A stretch of DNA of 63,300 nucleotides, the filler included, from Choristocarpus tenellus KU-1152 (taxonomy: Eukaryota; Protista; Phaeophyceae): assembly GCA_964200185.2 (NCBI GenBank). It is 13 parts of 13 records of this genome, joined end to end, with 100 filler letters (N's around TTAATTAATTAA, not from the genome) between each part and the next. Parts side by side here need not be neighbours in the genome. Positions count along the whole stretch, not along the records: positions 1 to 2,508 come from CAXNAD020027221.1; positions 2,609 to 5,366 come from CAXNAD020024996.1; positions 5,467 to 10,365 come from CAXNAD020012611.1; positions 10,466 to 14,189 come from CAXNAD020018287.1; 9 more parts are not named here. One strand, written 5' to 3'. The notes beneath the pieces are model-generated. The model searched no databases, was not told the DNA's origin, and saw only the letters and a list, made by a program, of their open reading frames with translations. The position numbers and the translations under genes were made by a program. This document shows positions 1 to 12,580 of the stretch, in pieces (positions within the stretch are counted from its first letter, which is position 1; every line of letters begins with the position of its first letter).

Positions 1-855
1 ATGTATATCCTCCACCACCGCATAGTCGGGCGATTTAAGCTCCTCCCCCTTTCGTTCCCCCCTGCCATGCACATGCAGTCACTTTTTTAAGTACAACAAG
101 CCGCTGAGCGTGTCGGGGAGATAGATGATGAAAGATCACAAAATAAAATAAAATTGCATCGATGTACGGCATCGAGTGCACGTACGTATATATGGATGGG
201 AGCAACTATCATGGTGTTTTCAGGCAACAGGCGGTCTTGGGCAGGTCTAGGAGTGAATAGAATTCGACGCCGGGCGTACTATGTTTGAGTTTGAAGAGAC
301 CCGTCGGATCAAAATGAAATCCGTGTTCTGGAAAACGAGTTTAATCTTGCTGTGATGAAATTAAAACTAGATTCTATTCTGATTTCAGGCAACAGGCGGT
401 CTTGGGCACGATTGTATTGAATTCGAAGGTGGGCGTACGATGTTTGAGTTTCAAGTGATCCGTAGGACCAGCCTGAAATCCATTTTCTGGAAAATACGTG
501 TATTCTGGTTATTATGAAATACAAAATTAGATTATATTCGTAATTTCAATAAATAAAACTATAAACCGCATAATTAATTGATCTAATACGTTTGAAATGT
601 TCCGAAACGAAAAGGTCACAAAAACTTATACTCTCTATTTGTTTTAAATATGAAATCGTATAGTATACGATTTCATATTTTTGGAACACAACTATCAACG
701 GAAAGAGAAGTTTGGGTTTCTTGGGTACCGACGGACCACATGAAATAAAGTAGCACCTCCCAGCCCTCACTCCTCATTTCCATTCCTTCCCTTCCGCACA
801 TACCACCAGCAGCTCTTTCTTATCTATCCCCGTCACACCTTCCCAATCTTCGCCA

Positions 856-2228
856 TGTCCAACATTCACTCAACAACGACCCCCTACGCGCCAGCAGTTC
901 GATCAGTCACAACTCAAGTGAAGGTGACTAAGGGAATACAAGGTATGCTTTGTTTATGACCCACAGGTACCCCTGTCTAGGGGTGGCAAGGTGTGGCATA
1001 AGGAGAAATGATAGAGACTGGATACTTGGGCTGAGTACCTCGAGGGAGAGACAGAGAGGAGGGCAGGACAAGTCAGATGTTTCCAGGTTCAGGGGACAGC
1101 GAACAAGAGCACACTAGACATGTCAACAAGGGGGGGGAGATTGTTGCATATGGATGAGACTGGACCAGAAAAACCTACGAGATTCGTTACAACAAGGGGA
1201 AAGTCTTTCTATAATAAATACCCTGCTTTTAGTGAGTGTGTGGAGACCAGCGCTGTGCCACCCGATTGGCTTCAAGATCTGTTCAAACTTCAGGCTTGTA
1301 GGCACGGACCAGATCATGTAAGAACAATCGTTTCGAGTTTCAGGGATGTCTCGCAAGCTCGTACATCAGAGGGGATTAATTTGGGTATTTGACTTCAGAA
1401 ATTCGAATGGACTTTGTCATTAGGGGTTCAAGAGAGGATTATTTTCACTTGTGCTTTCAAAATGGCATGTTGCTGTAACCTTGCACTCCAGTCAGTACGG
1501 TCCAGCATCCCATGAACTATTGATTGTCATTGCGTAGAACATTTGTGAAAATTCTACAGGGTCTCCTTGAAACATTATATTTTTTAGGATTATGGCTTGT
1601 TCAGTCAAATGGTATTTACCTAGTGACCTGACCAGTCACAATCTTCCCCATTGCCATCCCCACCTCATGGAAAGATTTAGAATTGCAGAAAGATCTGAAT
1701 AGCGTGTTCACCCCTGCACATGTGGGTGTGCCATCCCGTAGGCTAGCGTCTCTGGAACAGGAGGAGATTGGGTCTGTTGATAAATACGCTCTACATTGTA
1801 GCATTGCCATGAACCGCTTTCTATATGATGTTAGACGTACCAAGCTACCTTCAGATAGTGTTGACACGGCCACCCTACTCACCAAGCAACTCAAAATTAC
1901 AAAGATGTAAGATGGCTTGCACACTAATTGTCGTCTTGAACAAATCTATGAAGAGCCTGCTACCACGCTTGTCAAGGCCTGTGACCCCCAGCCATGCTCA
2001 CTTAGCATGAAGACGAGCACAATGGCATGTCACAATGTGAAACATGCCGGTACCCTGCCTGCTAGACATAAAGTCGTGGCAACCCTTGAACCCACTCATT
2101 GTTGTAAAGCTTTTGCGTACAAAGGCTCCTTGTCGAGAACTGCTGGTGGGTATCATGATAAATACACACTGAATCAATTAGGTTGTTTGTTGTTGGTCGT
2201 ATCTGTCATCACTCGATGCATGAACTAA
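856..2228 (+). pseudogene. Decayed Mutator/MULE-like transposase with SWIM-like zinc finger (tentative)
   Basis: Fragmented + frames with many stops. ALQSVRSSIP*TIDCHCVEHL (~1486-1545) resembles the MULE CxxH motif, and ACHNVKHAGTLPARHKVVA (~2024-2080) resembles a degenerate SWIM finger. Confidence 0.35.
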
Positions 2229-2508
2229 ACTGACACATCATACCACTATGTGCGATACTACCATGTATTTTACTGAATATTACACAAACTTACATGAAGC
2301 TATCACATTGTGTTGTTTGTTTATGTCAATGCAACTTAAGGGCAACAATAGCTACACTGACATCCTCCTGAAGAGCTAAATAGACCGAAATCAATTGATA
2401 GAGACAAGTTTGGACCCTTTTACATTCTAAGCCATCTTTCTTAAACAGTGGATTTAAAAAATTGAGGATGGAGTGTACTATTGAGGATGATTTTGACCGA
2501 AAATGGTG

Positions 2509-2608
2509 NNNNNNNNNNNNNNNNNNNNNNNNNNNNNNNNNNNNNNNNNNNNTTAATTAATTAANNNNNNNNNNNNNNNNNNNNNNNNNNNNNNNNNNNN
2601 NNNNNNNN
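2509..2608. other. Artificial contig linker (N44-TTAATTAATTAA-N44); repeated at 5367, 10366, 14190, 19606, 22591, 28672, 33349, 41080, 44820, 52450, 60661
   Basis: Twelve identical 100-nt spacers with an all-frame stop cassette. Confidence 0.98.
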
Positions 2609-3366
2609 AAATGCCCTTTTCCTGATTTTGGTTCAAATTGACACCCTGGCGTAGACCCCCCCCCCCTCCCTGATACTTTGGGCCATTGAGAGTTGACAAA
2701 CTGTCCTTCGATAAGGTCGGAAGGTGAAATGAACAGGACTAGAGGAAGGTAGTTTACTGCAATATTTGTCGTTTGATCGATTGGAGAAATTTTCATTCAC
2801 CCTCCAAGCCCGCCTACATATGCCACCGACGTAGTACTTCGTAGTAGTAGATTTACCTCTTCAACAACCCACTCCTCTAACCCAAACGATTTCCACTAGA
2901 ATGTTCGTTTTGATGACAGTTTCACCTATCCGCAGTTTTGCTTGTATGGTAGCTAGTACTATATTCTTAGAGACATCAATATTAGCTGTCCTTGTAAAGG
3001 GAGGTATCATCTTTCTTTGTTGTTGTAAGCAATACTCTCAGGACAACTGCCAAGTGGTGGCAAATTTCCAACACACATAATATTTGTTCTTGAGCTCTAT
3101 ATTTTGTCTCCCCACTAGCAACACCTACGAAATGCCAGCGACCACCACAAAAAAATATTTGTGGAGGTTCCTCATCATTATGTATCACTAAGAGGGCAAA
3201 ATTTTAATTTAGTTTAGAAGTACATGTATCAGTAGTGCGATCTCCAACCGTTTTCATGATGTCATCTGAACTATCAGGCCACCCACAAAGTATTCTTACG
3301 TTTTGTTTGATCATATACATACACAACGTATGTGTAAGGTGATGCTATGTTGGGGATAGGGTAAAT

Positions 3367-3624
3367 GAGCCACACCAACTGAGAGGTAGGCAGGGTTGCA
3401 TTTTAAAGATACCGACAAAGAGCAAAAAAGCACCATTTTGCACAATTGCAGAAAGAACCTTTGCTGAATTGTGGTGTCACTTTGTCTGTGGAAAGGGGGA
3501 ATATCAATTTTGTGTACACTGCTGTGCATATCAAGCAATGAAAAAGAGTGTATTGCACAGGAAAAGAGATATGACCTAGAATACAAAGCGTCCGAACCTA
3601 CCTACCTCTTAATTGGTTTGAGTT
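3367..3624 (+). mobile_element. MITE family B copy (~258 bp, TIR GAGCCAMACCAAYTGAGAGGTAGG)
   Basis: Imperfect ~24-bp terminal inverted repeats. The body recurs at 4679-4937, ~4946-5124, 29620-29876 and 31230-31495. Confidence 0.75.
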
Positions 3625-3665
3625 TGGAGAATAATTAATATATTTTCATGTGGAGAGACGGATAT

Positions 3666-3736
3666 GTGCCAGCAGTTCGGTGGTACAATACGTTATTGCC
3701 AGTCACGTGCCCTGGATTCGACTCCCGCCTGGCTCA
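3666..3736 (+). pseudogene. Degenerate tRNA-Gly(GCC)
   Basis: 71-nt cloverleaf remnant GTGCCAG...TGGT...CGTTA-TTGCCAG-TCACG...TTCGACT...CTGGCTC-A, with mismatches in the acceptor, anticodon and T stems. Confidence 0.7.
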
Positions 3737-4678
3737 ATGATAAACATATTCTGCTGATAACGATTTTTCTAATTGTATCATTTATGTTGCTCACAGTGCT
3801 GGTAACTAGTTAGTACTGCGAGGCAGTATAAAATAGAGATCATCACCGTCTTGGCTTCGTGGATAAATGGAGCCTTGATCCCTGGTTGGAGCTTTTGGTT
3901 CCAACCTCATCCATCGACACCATACAATTCTTTCGTGGAAATCTGGTTTTGAGTATTGAAATACTTGTGACAACTATGCAGCACAAAATATTGTAGAATT
4001 GTCCTATCCTAATCTGTTGCTACTACTCATTATACCGGAAAATATACCAGAGCGAGACCAAAGTGGCAACATCTTGGCGAGTCCAGCACAAGAAGAAGAT
4101 ATGAGGGATGAGGCGGAGTGGCGAGTACTGTGACAGAAGCAAAAATGCACAAATAGAGGTAGTACAATTATTCGTAGTGCATTTGTTAGTTACTACTCCA
4201 GCATTTAATAGTAGTACGTAGCAACATTATAATACAGTATTTCGTATCAGAAGTAGTGTACAGATTGTGTGGCACCTTGGACAAGGGCTGGTATAATCCC
4301 CAGTAAAACAATAACAATAATATAAGTAATAACTATAATAGGAGCAACAACAACAGCAACATATGTAATACCAATTTAGAAATGGGTACATACTTAATCC
4401 CTCACCTTTTGTTCTTGTGGTTGACTCAACTCACCTAATCACTGCCAGATGTGAAGCTGAAGCAGGGTGGATAGGAGAAGAAGCACTCTCTGATCGATGT
4501 GGTATTGTATTGTTTGGAAGACGATCCTGAGGAGCTAGCTTGGGATCACAGGCGAGGGGTGGTGCACGAAACAAGGGCAACGAATCAAAATAACGAAAAC
4601 ACAGGAGCCAAAATATTTGAGAGGTAGGGGAGGTACGGCCCTTTCCCCTTTTAAGTCGTCTTAGTTACCCTGTGCAGT

Positions 4679-4937
4679 AAGCCAAACAATTGAGAGGTAC
4701 GCACGTCTGCGCCCTTTTGTACTCTAAGCCACCTTTCTTACCCTGTGCAATACACTCTATTTCATTGCTTTATGTACATGATAATGTACGCAATATTGAT
4801 GTTTCCCCTCTCCACACTCAGATGACACCACACACCAGCAAAAGCTCTTTCTGCAATTGTACAAAATGACGTCTTTTTGCCCTCTCTCGCGATCCTTAAT
4901 ATGCAACCCTGCCTACCTCTCTCGATTGGATTGGCTT
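4679..4937 (-). mobile_element. MITE family B copy, with partial copies at ~4606-4678 and ~4946-5124
   Basis: Reverse-complement match to 3367-3624 with both TIRs present. Confidence 0.75.
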
Positions 4938-5241
4938 AATACACCGTATTTCATTCCTCCGTGTGCATAATAGTACCTGTAGAATTCATATCCCCCCTTT
5001 CCACACACAAAGTAACCCTACAATTCAGCAAAGTCTCTTTCTGCAATCGTACAAAATTACATTTTTTTTGCCAATTCTTGGGATCCTTTATACTACCTTG
5101 CCTACCTCTCAATTGATTTGACTTTATAATAAACAAAGCGAGAGAGGCGATATGCATGTATACATCAACATATTATATATGTTCTATACCCTTCAATAAT
5201 GCTACATGATGCTATCATGTGTGTGTGCATGTATGTATGTA

Positions 5242-5366
5242 CTACCTCTGTGCCATAAGTTTGTGCTGCAAAACATCTGGACTCGCCGAGTGAGAACGGC
5301 GCCGAATCGGACGATAACCCCACAGAATGAAATCGGGTTGACATTCTCAGCTTTCAGAGAAGGTGG
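5242..5366 (+). mobile_element. 5' terminus of plant-type mariner (TA|CTACCTCTGTGCCATA)
   Basis: Reverse complement of ~45820-45932. Preceded by a TA target and cut by the contig end. Confidence 0.8.
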
Positions 5367-5466
5367 NNNNNNNNNNNNNNNNNNNNNNNNNNNNNNNNNN
5401 NNNNNNNNNNTTAATTAATTAANNNNNNNNNNNNNNNNNNNNNNNNNNNNNNNNNNNNNNNNNNNN

Positions 5467-5638
5467 GTTGTGGGGGTGGGGGCGGTTTCTACACCAGGGT
5501 GTCCATTCAGGCCCTGACCAGGAGAAGTGCACTTCCATTATCCATCCGATCCATGTGATCAAATCACACAAAAACTGCAACATGAAAAAATGGACCCCGA
5601 ATGGACAGCCACCACCCCCTCCCCAGATACTTTGAGCC
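5467..5638 (-). mobile_element. MITE family C copy (TIR GGCTCAAAGTATCTGGGGGG)
   Basis: Matches 7776-7953, 14010-14189 and 33175-33348. Fragments at 2610-2683, ~10347-10365, ~19730-19758, 33449-33477 and ~43930-43965. Confidence 0.7.
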
Positions 5639-6107
5639 TGATTGCAATTCAGTCCTCTGTGCTACCGCCAATCTCTTTCCACCTAACTCCTCCACCGTAC
5701 GTACTACACCCCAAACCATCCAAAATATGGTACAACATTCACTACAAAATGAACATAGTAGAGCAATGCATCTGACAGGTGCATAGAAGGCAAAGGACCA
5801 TTATCCCCAGATAGTCCTTGAGCAATTCAGAAGATAGATGAAAGCAATGTTGATTACTACATGAATGCATCTATTTGAATATTGAGATTGAGATGTGCAA
5901 GTAAATCTATTGGTGTAGATGTTGCCATTGGTGTCACATGTCCTTGCAATCAACTTGAGGATGGACCTCCTCAGCAGACCTGACCCAAAATCCACACACA
6001 CAAGATAACAAAATAATTCACACTACCTCAACTACTACACCTGACTAGTTTCTCGTATTCTTCTTTTGCATTGTTTTTGACACCTCATAAAACTGAAAAA
6101 AACGCAG

Positions 6108-9100
6108 GAGCAGGAGATGAAAAGGAAGACTCATAAGGAGTCTATACAATATTTCAACGCTTTGACTGTCCCCGCAAAGTCTCCCAATAACAACGGACAA
6201 AAATTTCAACAACATGCAAAAGGAGAAGGCGACATCATGTCACCTTCTCAAGGGGCAGATTCAGGGGCCTCAACGAAGGAGGTTGGAAGTGGGAGTTGAA
6301 TTCAGGGTAGCCGGTGTAGAAGTAGGTGATATCACATAGAGGGTGCAGCAAAACGAGCAGCACTCACAAACCACCCTTACCTTTGTATATATATGTGTAT
6401 TTTTTCCCTCCAAATCTAACTGGATGGGATTGGAGTCCCCGACAGAATAAAATAAATTCCATTTCGCTAGAAGAAAAGTGGCTATCTTTGGACTGCTGCT
6501 TCAAGGACTGCCTTCCTTCCTCTCTCGAGTGTCTGTAATCAATAACTACACTTCCACGCTCGGGACACTAAAAAACCCCAACTTGCCCAATCCAATACTT
6601 TGACTCAAATACTACTTTCCCTTCTATGTATCAAAGACTGCATCGCTTTCCTCTTCTTCTCTCCCTGCCAAAACCTCATTGCTCTCGCTCTCTCTTGGCA
6701 CTTGCCGCCCAATTCAGATCGAAACAAAAAAGCACAAATGATTTTTACCTGAGTCGCTACCTCGAATTATGTTGCTCTCTCACTTATCAACAGCTGCCAT
6801 TGATGGCTTTGGACAGCGCTGTCAGGTGTAGTGACCAATCTGCAATGGGTGTGCATCCAAAATCTGTTACAAATACTGTGGCCCCTGTGTTATTCACTAC
6901 ATGCCATGATCACCTGCTGGAGCGCAATCGGCGCGACAGGGAAGAGAGGCGCCGCAAAAAAGCTAGGATGGAAAAAATCGCGAGGGAGCTCCAGGAGAGG
7001 AGGGAGGCAGTGATTGCAGCCCACCAGGGTGAGTACTAGAGATTACTTACTCGTAGAAAGGAGAACAGTCATAGTAGTTTCAGATCATGGAACTCCGAGA
7101 AACAGGATAGCATCTGTTTTGGTCTACTAGAGGAGCAATGCACAGGTTCAATCCTGAAGTGAAAGAAAAACTGGAATGGTTTGCAGTAGCACTCTTCTCA
7201 TAGGCACTTTTTGCTTTGGTAATTGAGACCTGCTGAAAGTAGTGATACATGTCTTGCTGATGGCTGAGAGGATGACCTTACTAGTGCACTCTCAGGAGTG
7301 CGCCAATATTTGGATCCCTGTACCAGCATACCCTTGCTCGTTTTTCTAGAGTAGAGGAGAACAAAAATAGTATGCCTTAAAAAAGGGTTCTGAAAAGACG
7401 AGTCAGAGAACATGCACTAAGCACTGGGAACAGTAGAGGTACAATAAAAGAATTTAGATCAACCAGGGGATGATTGCGATTTCGCATCAGAAGATGTTCA
7501 GGTACTGCAGTAGCATTGAATCATTGTAGGTTGGGATGAAAGCATATATTATTTTATTGGGTAGGGGTTTTGCGCTGTTTGTCCGTTCGGGGCTTGGCTT
7601 GAAACGGTTTTTATATTCCCTTTTCGATTGGCCGTGTGAACACAGTTACCTAAAATGTATATGACTGTGAAAGGTGTGTCCGGAACAAAGATGTTGACAC
7701 ATGGTAACAAACACAAGAGCCAAAATTCATCAAAATCGCAACATTGGATTTATGATCCGGAACGGACTACCCTCTGGCTCAAAGTATCTGGGGGGGGATG
7801 GCGGCTGTTCAGGTGGGGTCAATTTTTTCACGTCACGATTTTTGGGTGATTTGGTTGCATCCGTCGGATGGACAATGTAAATACACTTTTACTGATTTTG
7901 ACCCAAATGAACACCCTGGGGTAGACCCCCCGCCCCCTCAGATACGTTGGGTATCTTAAGTGCTTTGGCTCTTGAAAATATACCACCTTGTAGAGGTCTC
8001 CCGTTCATACTGAAGTCCCAGGAGTAAATGCTGGCATGACGCTGACAGATGGTTATTTCGAATTGTGTGCTTAAGTTACTCAGAAGGGTCTTCCTACTTG
8101 CTCTGTCCACATATAAAGTGAGCAAAACCTACTAGGAGGAAAGTGTAAAACACTACCATAAATGCATAGCTAGATGAACAATAATAGGTGCAGAAAAGCA
8201 TGGAGAAGAGCCTGAAGACTAAAGACAAAATTGATCAGACAGCCCAAATTCTATCTCAAGAATGCAGAGGAATATTACCTTAGACCGCTCACACCTTTTT
8301 GTCAAGATCAGTCCTTAAAAAATATGTGAACTTCATGTTCAAACGAGATCAAATGTAGCATCCCCACAGTGAGCTCTCTTCAGCTCAATCAATTTCCAAC
8401 TCATACTTCTTTCAATGCACCCTTTTCATTCCCACACTGCCCAACTGTCATACTCCGGAGTAGAACGAACTCAAAGGGAATCTCTGGAGCGCTCTCGTTC
8501 TGCAATTTGGGCAGAAAGACAAAGGCAGGCCCTTCTTCGACAACTAGAAGAAGAGGCTGAAAAGAATGCACATTTAGCAGAGCAGGGACGTCGCCGAGCA
8601 AAAGCACGAGTTCAAAAATTTTGCCAAGCTCAACTGGCTGAGCGTGAGAAGGTAGAGACTGCAACAAAGGGAAATGACACAAACATTGCCGATGGAGAGG
8701 CTGCCAAAGCGGACATGAATAGAGGATGCAACACTAGGGGTCGCCTTTGGTCAGAGGATGACAGTATGGAAATTGGCGATCAAACTGGTCCGGATGGGGT
8801 GGGACTTCGGGTGCAAGGGACAAGTTTGGGAGGAGAGTTACTCCAAAACAGACTCCCTGCAGACTCAAAGAGGAGAGAGAGAAAAAGGCGGCAATTTGGT
8901 CGAAAGCAAAAGCAGCGGAAGATGCATGAGGTAGAAGTGTGTAGCACAGGAGAAGGCTCAGGAACATGTGGCAATGTGTTGCCTGCGGACGGAACAGAAT
9001 GGGATGCAGAAGGGGGGATTGTTGCAGCAATTCTCTCCAAAGATGGTGGTGCAACTGGAACAAGAGATAAGGAGACAGGGCTGAGAGAGAGTAGAATGGG

Positions 9101-9419
9101 TACCCGGAAATCTAATTTTGTGGAGGATCAGTGTGATGGGCAGGCGTGTGAAAGAGAGAAAATGGTGGACTATGAGGAATATGATGTAGAGATTCCTGAG
9201 AAGAAGAGAAGGTCCAGGAAGACCAAGAAAAGGAGTCATAGGAAAGGAAAAAGAGAAAGCCAACAAGGGAGAGAGATGAAAGGAGTTGAAACAATGGAGG
9301 AGAATAAACGCGAGCAGGAGATACAAGGACAAGGAGGGCATAACAAAAGTGGATACAGAGGATCATGGAAAACTACTGCAGCATACATTCTCTGGCAGGA
9401 GAGGACGCCAGAAACCTGA
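6108..9419 (+). CDS. Partial multi-exon gene for an unknown charged/coiled-coil protein
   Basis: Exon-like E/R/K-rich frames at ~6108-6290, ~6830-7028 (ERNRRDREERRRKKARMEK, followed by a gtgag donor) and the 334-aa ORF 8415-9419. Exon boundaries are uncertain. Confidence 0.45.
7559..7971 (-). mobile_element. Old MITE-A copy with a MITE-C (7776-7953) nested in its TIR
   Basis: A-type body 7559-7775 ends TACCCTCT, then a complete C copy follows, then the rest of the A TIR (TAAGTGCTTTGGCTC). Confidence 0.6.
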
Positions 9420-9464
9420 GGGAGTAGAAATGAGTCTCAGTTGGGTAGTTAGTATGTGTGCATG

Positions 9465-9520
9465 TAGGTATGTGGGTATGTAGGTATGTAGGTATGTAGG
9501 TAGGTATGTAGGTAGGTATG
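9465..9520. repeat. (TAGG/TATG)n microsatellite
   Basis: gtaggtatgtaggtatg... tract. Confidence 0.85.
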
Positions 9521-9704
9521 CAATACAATGAACTTTTACATGAAATGGATGCAGCATTAGGCCAGCTGCTTTTGCCCTGTAACGTCCCCCACACCCTCAG
9601 TCTTACTATTACTTTGATCGTTCCAGGTGCAAATTAGTGCATCACTCCAGTACCCAGGACAGTGGTACTGCTTATATTGCCACACTCCTGGTGCTACTGT
9701 GATA

Positions 9705-9963
9705 GAGTAAAAGTATCTTAGAGGGTACGAGTTTTGCCCTGTTTGTTCGTTTGGGGCTTGGCTTCCCATGATTTTTTTTTTTGTCATTTTCCTACACCAA
9801 AATATTCCGGAGTAGGAAAGATGCATACATCATGAAAAGGTGTGTCCAGAACAAGGATGCTGGCACTTCCTAACAACATGATAACCAAAATTACATCGAA
9901 ATCACGACATTGGATTTTGACCTCCAAATGGACGCGGCTCTATCCTCTAAGATACTTTGGCTC
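9705..9963 (-). mobile_element. MITE family A, full length, TSD GATA
   Basis: 23-bp TIR GAGT(C/G)AAAGTATCTTAGAGGGTA. GATA at 9701-9704 and 9964-9967. Confidence 0.9.
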
Positions 9964-12104
9964 GATAGTGTCTCCCATCTAGGCCAACTCTACTTCAAGC
10001 ATTGCATACTTTGAGTACCTCATCCACACATCCATCCATTCTATCCAGGCAATGCAGTTGTAGTTCTAGGTCCCTATGCACTCTTGGTTACTACCATCCT
10101 TACACGCAGAACAAAAATTTGGGTCACTGCATGATATATGACAAGGTATCCGCACTATAGTTTGACTCTAATATTATGGTGGTGTAGATTCCGGTAGAGC
10201 ATGTTTTCATGGACTTGTAACAGATACCTCATGAGACACTATCTCCTCCTTGTCTTCCTACTGTGGAGTGTTACTTCAATTCTTTCCAAGCAATAAGATA
10301 TGTTTAGATCCCAGGAGCGATTCAGGGCAAATCCAACCGTATGCAGACCCAAAATATCTGGGGGGNNNNNNNNNNNNNNNNNNNNNNNNNNNNNNNNNNN
10401 NNNNNNNNNTTAATTAATTAANNNNNNNNNNNNNNNNNNNNNNNNNNNNNNNNNNNNNNNNNNNNGTATTACTAATATCGTATATTGTTTGTACTTATCA
10501 GAACTCAAGAAACAATCCTCACACTCTACGTCTGTTACAAGTGTTCGTATTTCCTAAAACATAGAAGAAAATGCTCGCGCTATTCGCGGTAACAAACGTT
10601 TGCACTTCGTTGAAATACAAGAAATACTCGCTCTATTCGCCTGTAACATTTCTTCATGTCACAAGTTTGAACCCGCCCCCCACCACACTTCTTTGTCCCA
10701 AATTTCCGTTCAATGATGTAATTCCATGTATATACAGCTGAGATAATAAGATCAATGAAAGTCGACGAGATTATAATTTGCTTTGTTCACGAATTCTATA
10801 TTATTGTTGATTATTCTTTTTTTTCATTCCACCTGTTCTATCCCCCCCATTGTAACACCACTTCCGACCAACCAGTGTGGCCCCTGTATCACTGACTTCC
10901 AGTCACTAACAACCTATCCTGTGACCAACTAGTGCGAACCCCCTTCCCCACTGATTTCCATTCACCAACCACATTTGATTATCAAGCAGTGCGATCCCTT
11001 TGCCACTGATTTCCTTTCACCACCACTTTCCACTCCACCACAACATCCAACACCACCCAATCCCATGGCACTTTCCACCACTTTCCGCTCCACATCACCA
11101 TTCAACACCATTCAACACCATTCAACACCACTCCACAATCATCCAAGAACATCCCTTCATCATCCACTTCAATAATGTGCCTTTGAACTAGAAGACATAT
11201 ACCTCGCCCGAACTTGACCTCCTCCCCCTGTTCCCCAGCATCCCAGTCAGTTGTGAGCAATCCGAAAGGATAGTTGGGTGGGAAAGATTGCTCGGATGAT
11301 GGCTTGTTCTAGCCCTGCTTGTCCTGTCCCACCATCCTCAAGGTTTCCTTATTTTCTGATCCATCCCTTCCTACCTCCTGTTTCCACCTACCACCCATTT
11401 CTATTAACTTCTCTCCTACATCTTCTTCCTCCAAGCCACCCAATACTAAACTCTTCCTCCACCTTCTCATTATTTTCTTTTTACACTAATCAACACTCTG
11501 TTCCCTATACATCATTCCTTCCAGATTTCTCACCTGTAAAACTCAGATTACTTCATAAACCTCCCCCCTTTCCCTCATACATACCCGAATGTGAAAAGAG
11601 AGTGTAGTAAGAGTAAATGGTGGGTAAAGACAATTGAGATGTACAGATGAAGGAGTTGAGTTCCCTTGATTTGAAACGGTGCAAATTCATCTCCAATGTC
11701 TGTGTGACGGACAGGTCCCTTTGTTGGGAGGTGATCTCAGTCCAATCCACATCCTCCCACACACACAAGTTCATTGCGTACACATTTCTCTGAAATTGGT
11801 GATGTTCCCATCTTCGAACATAGAGAAGTCTTGACAATTCTCAATCAAACCATTTGCCGTTGACAGTCACAAAGATATGACGTCACCCATCGGATCTGAT
11901 ATTCCATTCAAAATTCTCCTCAGATTTGACGGGTGAGGGAGTTCGTGACATTTAGCATCATTCTATGTTCAGAATTTGGTCTTGAGTTGGTATGAATATT
12001 TTTTCGAAATCCTACGTCAAATTTCAATTTCTAAGCGTTAGGGGAGTGTTTGTGGAATATGTGGTATTCAAAATGCAAATTGATGAAAGAGAGATATCGT
12101 TCGC

Positions 12105-12580
12105 ATACTTTTTATATGTATTATGCCCTTTGACATTTTGTAGATGTGTCAGAGGAAAATCAACAAAACAATCCACTTGTCAGAATAAATCTAATAAAGT
12201 AATAGTTGTCATATATGTGAATAATATGAATCTATTCGCTATTTTACTACCAGTTTTGCTACACCTTTCCCTTCCTGTGTGTCTCTAACCTATCTTAGTC
12301 CTGTACTCCAGGGTGAGGGACTAGGGAGGAATCCCGCGAATCTAGCAAGCTCCTCCTTGCCCATCTCCCCGGTGTCTCCAGCTTAAAGCGCACGACCCGT
12401 CTGGATAGGGCTACCTGTGTTGTGACAGAAACTATCTGTCGTAGACGGGATTTGACAGTCCCGTTCCTGCTAACACCTCCTGTCCCTCTCCCCCCTACCA
12501 CGTGCGTAGCTAGCTCATCCAGAAAACTTTCCGCTTGCTTGCCGAGTCACCCAAAACTTTCCACTGCGAAGGTCTTGGGG
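12105..12580 (+). repeat. Repeat family D (terminal repeat plus ~320-bp internal segment)
   Basis: 12105-12190 matches 54005-54070 and the reverse complement of 54720-54800. 12260-12580 matches 54140-54470. Confidence 0.65.

Noticed and set aside
2509-2608. Recurrent TTAATTAATTAA palindrome and ORFs running into X residues
   Set aside because: Artificial contig-joining linker, not biological.
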